DNA from: Armatimonadota bacterium
GTDB taxonomy: Bacteria; Armatimonadota; SYMT01
Direction of reading: 5' to 3'
Length of the DNA: 64,000 nucleotides
Assembly (NCBI GenBank): GCA_041690135.1
Contig: JAWLHY010000002.1
Location: 320,001 to 384,000 of the forward strand
A program made the position numbers and the translations under genes. Below the pieces are notes generated by a model. It was not told where the DNA came from. It worked only from the letters and a program-made list of their open reading frames with translations, and searched no databases. Each line of letters opens with the position of its first letter. Within the stretch, counting starts at the first letter, position 1. Below, piece by piece: positions 9,804 to 19,589 of the stretch.

Positions 9804-10613
9804 ATGGACGATACTCTCAACCGGCGGCACTTGCTGGCCGGTACGCTGCCCGCCGCGACCCTGCTGGGCTCGGCCGTGACCGGAGGAGCGGCCATCGCGC
9901 AGGACCGGGACGCGGCCGGAGCGCGCCGTGGCTTCGACTCGGTGGTCGAGCGGCTAATCGCCCAGGCCTATCAGAACGGCCGGTACACGCTGCCGCCGCT
10001 GCCGTACCCTTACGACGCTCTAGAGCCGCACATCGATGCCCGCACCATGCGTCTGCATCACGACCAGCATCACCTGGGCTACGTGAACGGTCTCAACCGG
10101 ACTCTGGACGCGCTGGAAGAGTTCCGGCGGGGCACGGAGAAGGACTCCAGCCTTCTCTACGCTTTGCAGCGGGACCTCACGTTCAACGGCGGCGGCCACA
10201 CGCTCCACACCCTCTTTTGGGCCACCATGGCGCCCCGGGGCGGCGGTACCCCGAGAGGTGAGATCGCCCAGGCCCTGAATCGCCAGTTCGGCTCCTTCAG
10301 CCGTTTCAAGGAGTACTACACCAGCGTGGCAACGGGCGTGAAGGGCAGCGGCTGGGCCGTGCTGGCGTACGAGCCCGTAGGCGACATGCTGGACGTGTTC
10401 CAGGTCGGCGACCACGACACCAAGCTGATCGCCACCGCGGAGCCCCTGCTCCCGCTGGACGTATGGGAGCACGCCTATTACCTGAAGTACACCAACAACC
10501 GCGGCCGGTACGTGGACGCCTGGTGGAACGTGGTCAACTGGCCCGCCGTGAACGACGCTTACACCTGGGTTCGCTCCCGCTTCCGCGAGCGCCAGGCCCG
10601 CGCTTCCGGCTAG
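9804..10613 (+). CDS. sod: Fe/Mn superoxide dismutase with Tat signal peptide
   Basis: LPPLPYPYDALEP, HHDQHH, NGGGH, GSGW, DVWEHAYY; N-terminal LNRRHLL; GGAGGAGG RBS. Confidence 0.92.
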   Translation: MDDTLNRRHLLAGTLPAATLLGSAVTGGAAIAQDRDAAGARRGFDSVVERLIAQAYQNGRYTLPPLPYPYDALEPHIDARTMRLHHDQHHLGYVNGLNRTLDALEEFRRGTEKDSSLLYALQRDLTFNGGGHTLHTLFWATMAPRGGGTPRGEIAQALNRQFGSFSRFKEYYTSVATGVKGSGWAVLAYEPVGDMLDVFQVGDHDTKLIATAEPLLPLDVWEHAYYLKYTNNRGRYVDAWWNVVNWPAVNDAYTWVRSRFRERQARASG

Positions 10614-10839
10614 CGCCCGGGGCGGGGGGCTAGGGGTTGGGGGCCAGGGGTTAGGGGCTGGGGAATAGGAATGAGGGGAAGGGGTGTTGTGCGGTTCGGT
10701 TGTTATGCGTCTCTGCGGGTCCAGGACGGTCAGAGAGATAGCCCCGGACCCGCCTCTGGTCTTCAGGCGAAACCTGGATACATAGTCAACTCTCCACCCT
10801 CCACCCCCCGACCCCTGGCCCCCAATCCCACAGGGCCCG

Positions 10840-12150
10840 TCAGGCAGCGCGGCGGCGCTCTGGGCTGAGATCCTCGGTGGGTTGCCCTTCCTCATCCGGA
10901 GGCGAGGGTTTCTCGCCTCCGGACTCCTGCTGGTCTCGTTCGTCGGCGGGGGGACGGGCGTCCCGGCTGCCTTGTTCGGTCTCCTCCGCTTCCCTGGTAT
11001 CGAGACCGGGAGAAAGGACGGCCTCCGCCTGATGCTCCAGCGCCCGGGTGTTCTCTTCCTGGGGGCGCAAGTAGAATTCTTCCCAGCAGACTTTCAGGAT
11101 GCCGGTGACCGGCACCGCCAGGATCGCGCCCAGGATGCCGAAGAGCGAGTGCATCACCAGCAGGGTGAACAGGAGAGAGACCGGGTGGAGCTCCATCGCC
11201 TCGCCCATGATCCACGGCACCAGCACGTTGCCCTCGATCTGCTGCAGCGCGACGAAGAAGAGCGCCACCCACAGGGCTTGGGTCGGGTCCATCGCCAGCG
11301 CGTAAAGAATCGGAGGAAGGGCGGCCAGGATGGGGCCGATTACCGGGATCAACTCCCCGAAGCCCGCCAGTACGCCGAACAGTCCTGCGTGGGGGATGCC
11401 CAGGAGATGGAGCCCTCCCCATGTCAACAGTGCGACGATAACGCCGTCCACAACGGAAGCCCAGGCCCACCGCACGATCCGGTACATGCTTCGCTCGACG
11501 ACGGCGGTGGTTTGCTCCCGGTAAGGTTCCGGCACAGCGGTCAGAAGCCCCGTCAGCAGGGGTTCCGGTCGCCCGACGGTGTAGATGACCAGCACCAGGA
11601 CCAGCAGCACGGAGAAGAAGCCGGTTACCGCGTTCATCAGGTAGTTGGTCAACTGGCCAAAGAGATTGTAGAGCCGCGGCGTGATGCTGCTGAGGATCTC
11701 CGTCGGCGGCGGAACGGCCTCCGCGAGCTGCGGGAACTGCAGCGTAAAACGGAAGTAGAGATCGTTCAACCAGGCGGAAACCTGGTCTCGCAGAGCCGCG
11801 ATGTCGCCCACGTCTTGCAACAGGCGCGGGACCAGCAGATATCCCAGGTAGCCTACCAGGCCCACGGAGGCGAAGACCAGCACGATGGCGCTGAGGATGC
11901 GCGGGATGCCGCGCTCCGCCAGCCAGGCGGCGGCCGGGTTGAGCACGGCCGACAGCACGAATACGAGCAGAAAAAGCAGCAGGATGCCGCTGATCGGCCC
12001 GGCGAGCTGCCATACGAGGAAGATGCCCACGAGCAACAGGATCGCGTGGCGGAAAGCCCGGTAAAAGCCGCGGTAGAGGGCATCGGCGAGTTCGGATGTC
12101 GTTACCGACTCATCTTTCCGGTTCTCACCGGATACGACAGCCCTTCTCAC
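10840..12150 (-). CDS. AI-2E family transporter
   Basis: Polytopic membrane protein; ELIPVIGP, QQIEGNVLVPWIMG..MELHP, GAILAVP. Confidence 0.85.
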   Translation of the reverse strand: MRRAVVSGENRKDESVTTSELADALYRGFYRAFRHAILLLVGIFLVWQLAGPISGILLLFLLVFVLSAVLNPAAAWLAERGIPRILSAIVLVFASVGLVGYLGYLLVPRLLQDVGDIAALRDQVSAWLNDLYFRFTLQFPQLAEAVPPPTEILSSITPRLYNLFGQLTNYLMNAVTGFFSVLLVLVLVIYTVGRPEPLLTGLLTAVPEPYREQTTAVVERSMYRIVRWAWASVVDGVIVALLTWGGLHLLGIPHAGLFGVLAGFGELIPVIGPILAALPPILYALAMDPTQALWVALFFVALQQIEGNVLVPWIMGEAMELHPVSLLFTLLVMHSLFGILGAILAVPVTGILKVCWEEFYLRPQEENTRALEHQAEAVLSPGLDTREAEETEQGSRDARPPADERDQQESGGEKPSPPDEEGQPTEDLSPERRRAA

Positions 12151-12193
12151 CCCTGGCTCCTTTCGCCTCCTTTAGCAAGATCGCCAGTCCCGG

Positions 12194-12691
12194 TTACCCG
12201 TCGCCTTCCGGACCACAAACCCCGCCCGGGGTCCGAGCCACACCGTTGAGACGAGCCTGAACCTGCTGCCGCAGGGGAATGAAGAGAAGGCCCAGGACCA
12301 GCCCATACAGGAGGTGGGCGCCCAGGAGACCGAGGCCGGGGATGCCCGGCGTCACCACCCGGTCCAAGACCCACTGGAGCACCACGATCGGGCCGAGCAC
12401 CCACAAGAGAAAGCCGTAGCAGATCCCGAACAGCCAGCTTCCTCGTGGGTCATCAGCGGCGCGACGAAAGACACGGCCGTAGAGAAGCCCGCCCAGGGTC
12501 GCCAGGGTTATCCAGGCAGCCAGTACGCCCCATCCGGGTAGTCCCGTGCTCCATGACAGCCCTCCGATCGCGCCGGCGGTCCACAAGAGCGCCGCGGAGG
12601 GCAGCGCCGCCCCGAACCAGGCGGCGGCGCCCACCGCGCCATGCCACTGCCTGGGCACCGTTGTATTTCCATGGGCGCGCATGTACTCCAC
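12194..12691 (-). CDS. Uncharacterised 4-TM membrane protein (H..YG..LG motif)
   Basis: GAGGTG RBS and GTG start 7 bp after the GH1 stop; GI.YG..LW..GP and AHLLYGLVLG. Confidence 0.7.
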   Translation of the reverse strand: MEYMRAHGNTTVPRQWHGAVGAAAWFGAALPSAALLWTAGAIGGLSWSTGLPGWGVLAAWITLATLGGLLYGRVFRRAADDPRGSWLFGICYGFLLWVLGPIVVLQWVLDRVVTPGIPGLGLLGAHLLYGLVLGLLFIPLRQQVQARLNGVARTPGGVCGPEGDG

Positions 12692-12697
12692 GGCGGT

Positions 12698-13897
12698 TCA
12701 CCTCAGGATCAGCAGGTCGGTGTTGGGCAGGAGCGGGACCTCCCGGTACATCTCCACCAGGTGCCGGTAGGCGAGGGCGACCGGGCGGGGATTGCGGTTG
12801 AGATCGTAGAGGCCCACCGGAAAGACATTGCCCGCGGCGCGGCTCATGCCCCGGTCCCAATCGATCTGGTCCTGCAGGCTGTACCAGGTAAAACCCAGCA
12901 CCGGAACCCCTTCTTGCCGGATCAGTTGGACGTTATGCCACTGCCTCCAGAGCCATCCCGGCGCCTGCGCGGCGTCGGGGCAGTTCGTCTCCGTATGCAT
13001 GATGGGCCGGCGATAACGCTGGAAGTACTGGCTGGTGATGACGTACCACCCGAAGAGCTCCCCGAGGTTCTCCTTCCGCCCTTCCGCGTTGATCAGGATC
13101 TCATTCCATTCGTAATAGTCGATCCCGAGAACGCTCCGGCGTCCCAGGTCCTGCTGCATAAACCAGGCGTACTCGTCGCGGGGCATTCCGTGGTCCAGCA
13201 GGTAGGTGTAAACGTCCGCGCGGACCGGATTTCCGTAGAGCAGGTCCAGCGCGATGAACCGGCGTTGGTTCTCGAAGTCGGCGATCCGCATGATCTCCGG
13301 GTCGGGGCAGCACGGCTGGCAGAATTCACTGCTCTCGCTGTTGATGAACACCGCGTCCGGCCGTTCCCGGAGAATCGCCTGGATCATCAGCACGCAGGAG
13401 CGGGCCAGGTGGCGCACTGCGGTCGCGAAGGCCTGCTCGGTGCGGATCTGCTCGTTCCAGAGCCCCTCCAGAGTGCTCATCCGGGCCGCCACGAACATCT
13501 CGTTGACCGGCGTGTAGAACTTGACCCACGGGTAGCGCCGGGCAAAGGCGGCCGCGTATTCCGCCAGACGCTCCGGCAGTTCGGGGTTCTGGAAGTTTTC
13601 CAGCCAGTCCGGCACGCCGAAGTGGCAGAGGTCCATGATCGGCACGATCTCCAACTCACGCATGGCCTCGGCTACCGCGTCGAGGAATGACCAGTCGTAC
13701 CGTCCGGGACCCAGGTATATCCGGTGGAGCGGCGGGCCGTAGCGCAGGTATTTCAGCCCCAGTTCTCGGACCAGCTCCAGGTCTCTGCGCCAGTAGCGGT
13801 AGTGATCCGTCGCTTCGAGCTGGTCCAGACGCCAGCGCCCGCTCTCGATGGTGGGATAACTGCACTCGATTCCCGTCGCGAACATGAAATCAGCCAT
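12698..13897 (-). CDS. Glycoside hydrolase family 1-like protein
   Basis: FMFATGIEC, DLCHFG, YTPVNE (acid/base), IMHTETN (nucleophile), GFTWYSL.DQ.DW, GLYDL. Confidence 0.85.
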   Translation of the reverse strand: MADFMFATGIECSYPTIESGRWRLDQLEATDHYRYWRRDLELVRELGLKYLRYGPPLHRIYLGPGRYDWSFLDAVAEAMRELEIVPIMDLCHFGVPDWLENFQNPELPERLAEYAAAFARRYPWVKFYTPVNEMFVAARMSTLEGLWNEQIRTEQAFATAVRHLARSCVLMIQAILRERPDAVFINSESSEFCQPCCPDPEIMRIADFENQRRFIALDLLYGNPVRADVYTYLLDHGMPRDEYAWFMQQDLGRRSVLGIDYYEWNEILINAEGRKENLGELFGWYVITSQYFQRYRRPIMHTETNCPDAAQAPGWLWRQWHNVQLIRQEGVPVLGFTWYSLQDQIDWDRGMSRAAGNVFPVGLYDLNRNPRPVALAYRHLVEMYREVPLLPNTDLLILR

Positions 13898-14417
13898 GCA
13901 GGGCCCTCCGCTGACGGTTTGAGCGCCGGACCGGGTACCCGACGGGGCGGGTATAAAGCGTTCCCATCACGAGGCCATAGATGCCGTGTCCCAGCACGAG
14001 ACCCAGGGGGCCGGCCCACCCGAAGCTGGCGCCAAACGGGCCAGGGTCAGGCAGACGCCCGTTGGCGACCAGCGGATGGATCAGCGCCATCTGCGGCACC
14101 ATGATCAGCCCCGCCAGCGGAGTGGGCACGAAGAGGGCGAAGCACAGTCCCTGGAGAGGCGGAGGCCAGTCGAAGGTGGACCAGAAGAAGTAGGCGTAGA
14201 AGACGGCCCAGATCGTCCCCACCATCGCATGGAGTGCCAGGCCCACCGGCCACCATTGCCAGGCCGGCCCCTGGCCCACCGCCAACGTTCCCAGAAGGTG
14301 CGTGATATCGTGGATCGGCACTCCCGCCAGCAGTAACAGCCGGATCACGAGTTCCCATGCCACGGCGCCCGCCATCCCGGCCAGCACCGCCTTACCGAAC
14401 GCCACTTTTCGAATCAC
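13890..14417 (-). CDS. Uncharacterised 4-TM membrane protein (LH..VG / GH.IYG motifs)
   Basis: Hydrophobic 175-aa ORF whose stop overlaps the GH1 start (translational coupling). Confidence 0.75.
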   Translation of the reverse strand: MIRKVAFGKAVLAGMAGAVAWELVIRLLLLAGVPIHDITHLLGTLAVGQGPAWQWWPVGLALHAMVGTIWAVFYAYFFWSTFDWPPPLQGLCFALFVPTPLAGLIMVPQMALIHPLVANGRLPDPGPFGASFGWAGPLGLVLGHGIYGLVMGTLYTRPVGYPVRRSNRQRRALHG

Positions 14418-14493
14418 GCGAATACTTCTTTCGGAACTCTCTGTCCGCGAAAGCGCTCCATGCGATGCGACCCCGATCCACGTCTCTTCCTAT

Positions 14494-14519
14494 CTTCCCG
14501 TCGCTCTGCAGCCGGAAAC
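14494..14519 (-). promoter_or_regulatory. SigB/SigF-like promoter GTTT-N16-GGGAAG for the membrane-protein/GH1 operon
   Basis: Reverse complement of CTTCCC-N16-AAAC; 76 bp before the start. Confidence 0.55.
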
Positions 14520-14547
14520 AGGCGCCGGCGTGGCACGACCCCGGCGG

Positions 14548-14573
14548 GGTTGCCCGCCGGAAGAGAAGGGTAA
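14548..14573 (+). promoter_or_regulatory. Variant SigB-like promoter GGTT-N16-GGGTAA
   Basis: Same spacing with one mismatch in the -35 box; upstream of 14674. Confidence 0.4.
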
Positions 14574-14673
14574 GGGATACCGGAACGCAACGACGGTTTA
14601 CGCCGTGTGACCCGGAGACGGCGCCCGCCTCGCCGGGTCCGACACGGCGGGCCGGGGAAGGGAGAGAAGAGAA

Positions 14674-15150
14674 ATGGTACGAGCTTGGGGACGAGTCGGG
14701 CTGCTGGTAGGGAGCCTGTCGTTGGGGATGGCACTGCCCTCCGCCGCGGTCAACCCGGTCTATCCGCTGGTGGCCGTGAGCGTGGACGGCACGGAGCTGG
14801 CAACGCGCGGGCTGCTGATGAACGGCCGCACGTTGCTGCCGGTGCGGGAGTTGACCCAGCAGTTGAACGGCACCGTCCGGTGGGACCCGCACAGCAAAAC
14901 GGTGTGGGCCGCCTTCCCGGACCAGGGGCGGACGATCCGCATGACCATCAACTCGCCGGTGGCGAGCATCTACACCTACGATCCGGACCAGCCGCACCGG
15001 ACCGGGCCGTTCGTGGAGCGGATCCGGCTGGACCAGCCGCCGGTGCTGCTGGGCGGTAGAGTGGTCGCCCCGGTCGCCGCGGCGGCCGAAGTGGCGGGAG
15101 CCGTGGCCTACTGGGAGCCGGAACAGAAGATGGTGGTGATTGAAAGCTAG
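14674..15150 (+). CDS. Secreted copper-amine-oxidase N-terminal (stalk) domain protein
   Basis: Signal peptide; NGRTLLPVREL, V.WD...KTV, LDQPPVLLGGRVVAPV. Confidence 0.8.
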   Translation: MVRAWGRVGLLVGSLSLGMALPSAAVNPVYPLVAVSVDGTELATRGLLMNGRTLLPVRELTQQLNGTVRWDPHSKTVWAAFPDQGRTIRMTINSPVASIYTYDPDQPHRTGPFVERIRLDQPPVLLGGRVVAPVAAAAEVAGAVAYWEPEQKMVVIES

Positions 15151-15164
15151 GACTGTCCAAGTGC

Positions 15165-15195
15165 ACGGGGCTGCTCGCGTAGCGAGCAGCCCCGT
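15165..15195. terminator. Bidirectional hairpin terminator
   Basis: Perfect 14-bp stem ACGGGGCTGCTCGC / GCGAGCAGCCCCGT between convergent genes. Confidence 0.7.
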
Positions 15196-15222
15196 TGTGC
15201 TTGATCCTGAACCTGGTGGGAA

Positions 15223-15969
15223 TCAGTAGGTGGCGCGGCCGCCGCTGACGTCGTAGCACTGGGCGGTGACGAAGCTGGCCCCGTCCGAGGCGAGGAAGCC
15301 GATGACCGTGGCTACTTCTTCCGGCTGACCGAACCGCCCTACGGGGATGCGGCTCTTCATGTACTCCACCTGCTGCGGAGTGAGCTGCTTGAGGATCTCC
15401 GTCTCGATCACGGCCGGGGAGACGGCGTTCACCCGCACGCCCTTCTGCGAAACTTCCTTCGCCAGCGCCTTGGTGAGGCCGATCACGCCCGCCTTGGCGG
15501 TGGAATAGGGGACCATGTTCGGGTTCCCTTCCTTGCCGGCGATGGAGGCGACATTGATGATGGAGCCCGAGCCCTGTGCCAGCATCGTGGGCATCACGGC
15601 CTGGCAGCAGAGGAAGACGCTCTTCAGGTCGACTGCCATCATCACGTCCCAGTCCTCGTCGGTGATCTCGGCCAGGGGGGCCGCGCGGCCGGCGATGCCC
15701 GCGTTGTTGACCAGCACGTCCATGCGGCCGTAGCGGTCCAGCACCCCGGCGGCCATGGCTTCCACGCTGGCCCGGTCGGCGACATTCACCTTCACGGCAA
15801 TCGCCTCGGCGCCGGAACCGCGGAGCTCCTCCGCCACGGCCTGGGCGCCCGCCTCATCCAGGTCGGCGACGACGACGGCCATGCCCTGCCGGGCCATCTC
15901 GGCGGCGGTGGCGCGGCCGATCCCGCGCGCCGCTCCGGTTACAATCGCTACACGTTGATTCTCGCTCAT
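15223..15969 (-). CDS. SDR family oxidoreductase (FabG-like)
   Basis: TGAARGIG, NNAG, YSTAK, DVSGGRATY. Confidence 0.9.
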   Translation of the reverse strand: MSENQRVAIVTGAARGIGRATAAEMARQGMAVVVADLDEAGAQAVAEELRGSGAEAIAVKVNVADRASVEAMAAGVLDRYGRMDVLVNNAGIAGRAAPLAEITDEDWDVMMAVDLKSVFLCCQAVMPTMLAQGSGSIINVASIAGKEGNPNMVPYSTAKAGVIGLTKALAKEVSQKGVRVNAVSPAVIETEILKQLTPQQVEYMKSRIPVGRFGQPEEVATVIGFLASDGASFVTAQCYDVSGGRATY

Positions 15970-15972
15970 AAC

Positions 15973-16908
15973 CTATTTCTTCTTACTCGACATCCTCACG
16001 GAAAGCTTGAGCTGCGCCGGGACCATCATCCCACCGGCATCCAACATGATATCTCCGGCGACGGTGGAGGATTGGGTGTTCTCGACGATCTCACCCCGTT
16101 CGCGGTCGAATAGCAGGGTGCCGCTGGTGGCCTCGGGCTTGAGATCGCTCGCAGCTACTTTGAACGGCAGGGGCGAACCTTCCTCGATGGAATAGACGAC
16201 GCTGTCGTGGATGATGCCCAGCTTGTCGTAGGTTTTTCCGTTCTTCTCGACCGTGCCCTGGTAGTCGTAATGCGCGGTGTAGGTCAGCAACTGACCGCCG
16301 CCAATCGACAGGACTTCGCTGCGCTTCCACTTATCGCCCACCTTGACCGGTCCATCGGGAAGGCGCTTTCGGTTCTGTTCCCAGGTGCGCTTCCGCATTT
16401 CGAGGGAGTATTCCCGGCGTAGCGCGGCCTGCGCCTCCGGCGAAGCCTTCTCCAGGAGTTGCTCCGTGCCTTCCAGAGCGACGAGGCGGTTAGCGCCATC
16501 GATGACGCGCGTCACCGATTTCCCCACGGTCAAGTGGAAGCTCTCCAGGACGCCCTGGAGCGTCGGGTTGTCGCTCTTGACCGTCTCCGGTTTGGCCGAG
16601 TCATACATGGCCACCAAACCGCCGGGAAGCGAGAAACTGGCCATCACGGAGTCGGTCCTTTCCTGGATGCGCACCGTCCCGTCCGCGGCCGGCTTGCCGG
16701 TGGTGAAGGTGTTGGTGCTGCTGATCTCCGCCTGCGTCCTCATGTCCATCCCCAGGATGTTCAGGGTCTGGTCCAGCGAGTAGGTGGTCAGGAAGGTTGC
16801 GGTCCCTTCCGGGTTGCGGGGCACCAACGGCACCTGCGCCAGGGCGGCGGTGGCCAGGCAAACGGCCAGGGCCAGGGAAGTAGAAATCGCACGCTTCATC
16901 GGATGCAT
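15973..16908 (-). CDS. Secreted hypothetical protein (DUF6263-like)
   Basis: Signal peptide MKRAIS...ALAQ; LPDGPVKVGDKW motif; family assignment tentative. Confidence 0.65.
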   Translation of the reverse strand: MHPMKRAISTSLALAVCLATAALAQVPLVPRNPEGTATFLTTYSLDQTLNILGMDMRTQAEISSTNTFTTGKPAADGTVRIQERTDSVMASFSLPGGLVAMYDSAKPETVKSDNPTLQGVLESFHLTVGKSVTRVIDGANRLVALEGTEQLLEKASPEAQAALRREYSLEMRKRTWEQNRKRLPDGPVKVGDKWKRSEVLSIGGGQLLTYTAHYDYQGTVEKNGKTYDKLGIIHDSVVYSIEEGSPLPFKVAASDLKPEATSGTLLFDRERGEIVENTQSSTVAGDIMLDAGGMMVPAQLKLSVRMSSKKK

Positions 16909-16932
16909 TCTCCTGTCGATCTCGGTTGCGGC

Positions 16933-17811
16933 CTATTTCTTGAGATGCTTGTTGAAGAACGCGATCATGGCGGATTCCGCTTTCTGAGCGTCTTCGCCGC
17001 GGAACCCGTGCCCCGCTCCCTCCAACGGCAGCAGTTCTACTTCGACGCCGGCCGTCTTCATCCGGTCGTGGATCCACTGGGCTTGCTCGAACGCCACGTA
17101 GTTGTCCTTCGTCCCATGCACGAAGAGGGTAGGGGCTGCGTGCGGGGTGACCCAGTAAAGCGGGCTGGAAAGGATGTGGCGCTGCCGGGCCTGCTCCAGG
17201 TCGCCGCCGAGGAAGAGCGGCAGTACCACGTGAGCGTCGACGCTCTTGCCGTAGGACTGGGTGAAGTCGCTGGGGCCGTAGTAGTTGACCACGCACGTGA
17301 CGGCGCTCGACTGTTCCGGGTGGCCGCCGTCGCCCTCGAACTCCTTCACGCCCGCCGTGACGCCGAGGAACTGCGCCAGGTGGCCGCCCGCCGAACCGCC
17401 GGTGGCGCCGATGCGGGTGGGATCTACATGGTACTTCCGCGCGTTGGCCCGCAGCCAGCGCACCGCCGCCTTCGTGTCGTACACGGCCGCCGGGAACGGG
17501 TACTTCGGCGCCAGCCGGTAGCTGACCGTCATTGCGACGTATCCCTGCTGCGCCAGGCGCCGGATCAGCGCGTCGTAGCCCTGGCGCTTGCCGGCGCGGA
17601 ATCCGCCACCGTGGATGCAGACGATGGCGGGGAACGGTCCCTCTCCCTTCGGGCGAGCCATGTTCACCTGGAGGTGCTGGTTGTCCGGGTTGGAGTACTC
17701 GATATCGGCTTCGAAGACGATGTCGTCCTGCGTGCGGGCGGGGCCTGCCAGAGTGGCGGCGAGGCCGGCGAGGCCCAGGCCCAGTGCGGATCTACGGTTG
17801 AACGTTTTCAT
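16933..17811 (-). CDS. Alpha/beta hydrolase (HSL/BD-FAE-like esterase) with Tat signal
   Basis: HGGGF, GGSAGG, HGTKD, GAGHGF; FNRRSAL Tat motif. Confidence 0.88.
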   Translation of the reverse strand: MKTFNRRSALGLGLAGLAATLAGPARTQDDIVFEADIEYSNPDNQHLQVNMARPKGEGPFPAIVCIHGGGFRAGKRQGYDALIRRLAQQGYVAMTVSYRLAPKYPFPAAVYDTKAAVRWLRANARKYHVDPTRIGATGGSAGGHLAQFLGVTAGVKEFEGDGGHPEQSSAVTCVVNYYGPSDFTQSYGKSVDAHVVLPLFLGGDLEQARQRHILSSPLYWVTPHAAPTLFVHGTKDNYVAFEQAQWIHDRMKTAGVEVELLPLEGAGHGFRGEDAQKAESAMIAFFNKHLKK

Positions 17812-17862
17812 GGATTGCTACGGCCCCCGGCGGGGGCTAAAGTTTGGCGGGAGATGCTTCTG

Positions 17863-17895
17863 GGTTGAAGGTTGGAAGGTTGAAAGTTGAAGGTT
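17863..17895. repeat. Tandem heptamer (GGTTGAA)n
   Basis: About 4-5 imperfect copies; reverse-complement arrays at about 5322-5350 and 33080-33107. Confidence 0.65.
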
Positions 17896-17921
17896 CGCGG
17901 AGCCCCAGGGGGTCGGATGGG

Positions 17922-18482
17922 TCAGGCAGGGCGGGAGAGGACCTGGATGGGGTCTCCAGGGCAGACTTCGCCGGACTCGATGACCCGGATGTAGAGGCCG
18001 CGGAGGCGCCAGTCTTTGAACTCCGGGGCGTTGGTGAGGTCGCGAGCCTCCTGGCCGAAACGGGCGGAGTACTTGCCGCAGCCGGTGTGCGGCATGGGCG
18101 TCACCTCGCAGATGGCGGTACCTACCCGGAGGCGGGTCCCCGTCGGCAGGTTGTCGGTCGAGAGGTCCAATTCCACCACCAGGTTGTCCCCGAACAGTTC
18201 CAGGGGCTGGCCATTTCCGATCACGCGTCCCACATCGGCCCGCATCACCGTGATCTGTGCGTCCGGGTAGGCGCGAAACTTCTGCGCCCAGCGGTCACCC
18301 TCCACCCCGTTTTCCACCGTGAGGGCGCATCGCTCCGGCGTTAGCCGCGCATTCACCTCCGGCCGCGCCACCACCAGCACCACCGAGCCCGCGTCTCGCG
18401 GCGCCGGAGGCAGTTCCCGCAGCCGTCGCGCCAGCTCCGCTCCAGGAACATGCAAGGACTCGGTGGTCTTCGTATCGCTCAC
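17922..18482 (-). CDS. MOSC domain protein
   Basis: GVEGDRW, GDNLVV, VTPMPHTGCGKY, RGLYIRVIESGEV..GD. Confidence 0.85.
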   Translation of the reverse strand: MSDTKTTESLHVPGAELARRLRELPPAPRDAGSVVLVVARPEVNARLTPERCALTVENGVEGDRWAQKFRAYPDAQITVMRADVGRVIGNGQPLELFGDNLVVELDLSTDNLPTGTRLRVGTAICEVTPMPHTGCGKYSARFGQEARDLTNAPEFKDWRLRGLYIRVIESGEVCPGDPIQVLSRPA

Positions 18483-18587
18483 TTCCTCGCTCCTTTCTTG
18501 ATCGCTAACGAAGTCTATACCGGATGGGCCGGTTCTGTGCCGCAGCGTGCACTTTCCCTGGGCAAGACCGTTGCCGGTTCCCCTCCT

Positions 18588-19376
18588 TCAAAGGCGAGCG
18601 CCGTGACCCCGGTAGGCGGAGGGGTTGTCCAGGCGGTCTCGCACCTGGACGACCACCCGCTCCACGATCGCCTGCACCGCCAGCTCTCCGAACTCGGCGC
18701 TGGCTTCCTGCACGGGGCTTCGGGTGCCGACTCCCACCAGCGGCGCCGCCGGGTCGGCCGGTAGCTCCGACAGGTCGACTCCCTCGGGGTCGAGGGCGAG
18801 GAGCAGAGAGGTCTCCCAGTGGCCGGCGTGGTCGCCCGCGGTAGGAAACTGCTCGCGGACCAGTTCGTAGCCGGTGAAGGCCCATCCGATCGCCCGGGGC
18901 TTCCACTGCTGAAAGAGGCTTACCGCCGCCCGTGCGTGGTCGATGAGCGGGTAATGCCCGGCCACGAACACGATCACCTGGAACCCCAGGCTCTCCGCCT
19001 GGAAGAGCATGTGGAGCAGGAGCTTCTGATAGTTGTCGTACTGCTCCTGCGGCGTGCGGCGCATGTAGCCGGGAGCGAAGTTCTCCGGCGGGAGCCCCAT
19101 CGCCTCGCTGACCGGACCGCAGTGCTGGGGGCTCGAGTCGATCAGGGCCAACTCCCGGCTTTCCCCGTACCAGAGCGACGGAAAGACCAACCCGCCGCCA
19201 GCCTGCGCGCAGCGGACCGCGAGGGCATGGGCCTTCAGAGCATCGAGGCCGACCGGGTTATGCAAACCATGCCACTCTAGCGTTCCGAGCGGCAGATAGA
19301 CCGCCGGGCACTCCAGTCGCCGGGCCACGATCTGCTTCGGGCGCAGCCGCTCGTACCGGACCTCTTCCCCGTGCAT
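18588..19376 (-). CDS. Creatininase family amidohydrolase
   Basis: PLGTLEWHG.H.PVGLD, AGH, DHAGHWETS; GGAGG RBS before ATG 19376. Confidence 0.85.
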   Translation of the reverse strand: MHGEEVRYERLRPKQIVARRLECPAVYLPLGTLEWHGLHNPVGLDALKAHALAVRCAQAGGGLVFPSLWYGESRELALIDSSPQHCGPVSEAMGLPPENFAPGYMRRTPQEQYDNYQKLLLHMLFQAESLGFQVIVFVAGHYPLIDHARAAVSLFQQWKPRAIGWAFTGYELVREQFPTAGDHAGHWETSLLLALDPEGVDLSELPADPAAPLVGVGTRSPVQEASAEFGELAVQAIVERVVVQVRDRLDNPSAYRGHGARL

Positions 19377-19542
19377 CGAAACCTCCCGTTCCGCCCTCCC
19401 CATCTCCCACACCTACGTTCTCCCTCTCTTCCGCTCCCCCATTCCCCCAGTTCCTCCGTTCTCCCCTTCACCTGCTCCCACATTCCCACATCCCCCCGCC
19501 CCGCCCCCGCTCCCCGCCTTCTGCCCCCTGCCGGCGTCCCGC

Positions 19543-19589
19543 CCTCCTTATCCTAATCGCAATCTTCATCCTCATCGGCCGCAGGCCCC
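19543..19589. repeat. Dispersed ~47-bp repeat, copy 2
   Basis: Near-identical to 5276-5322. Confidence 0.7.
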
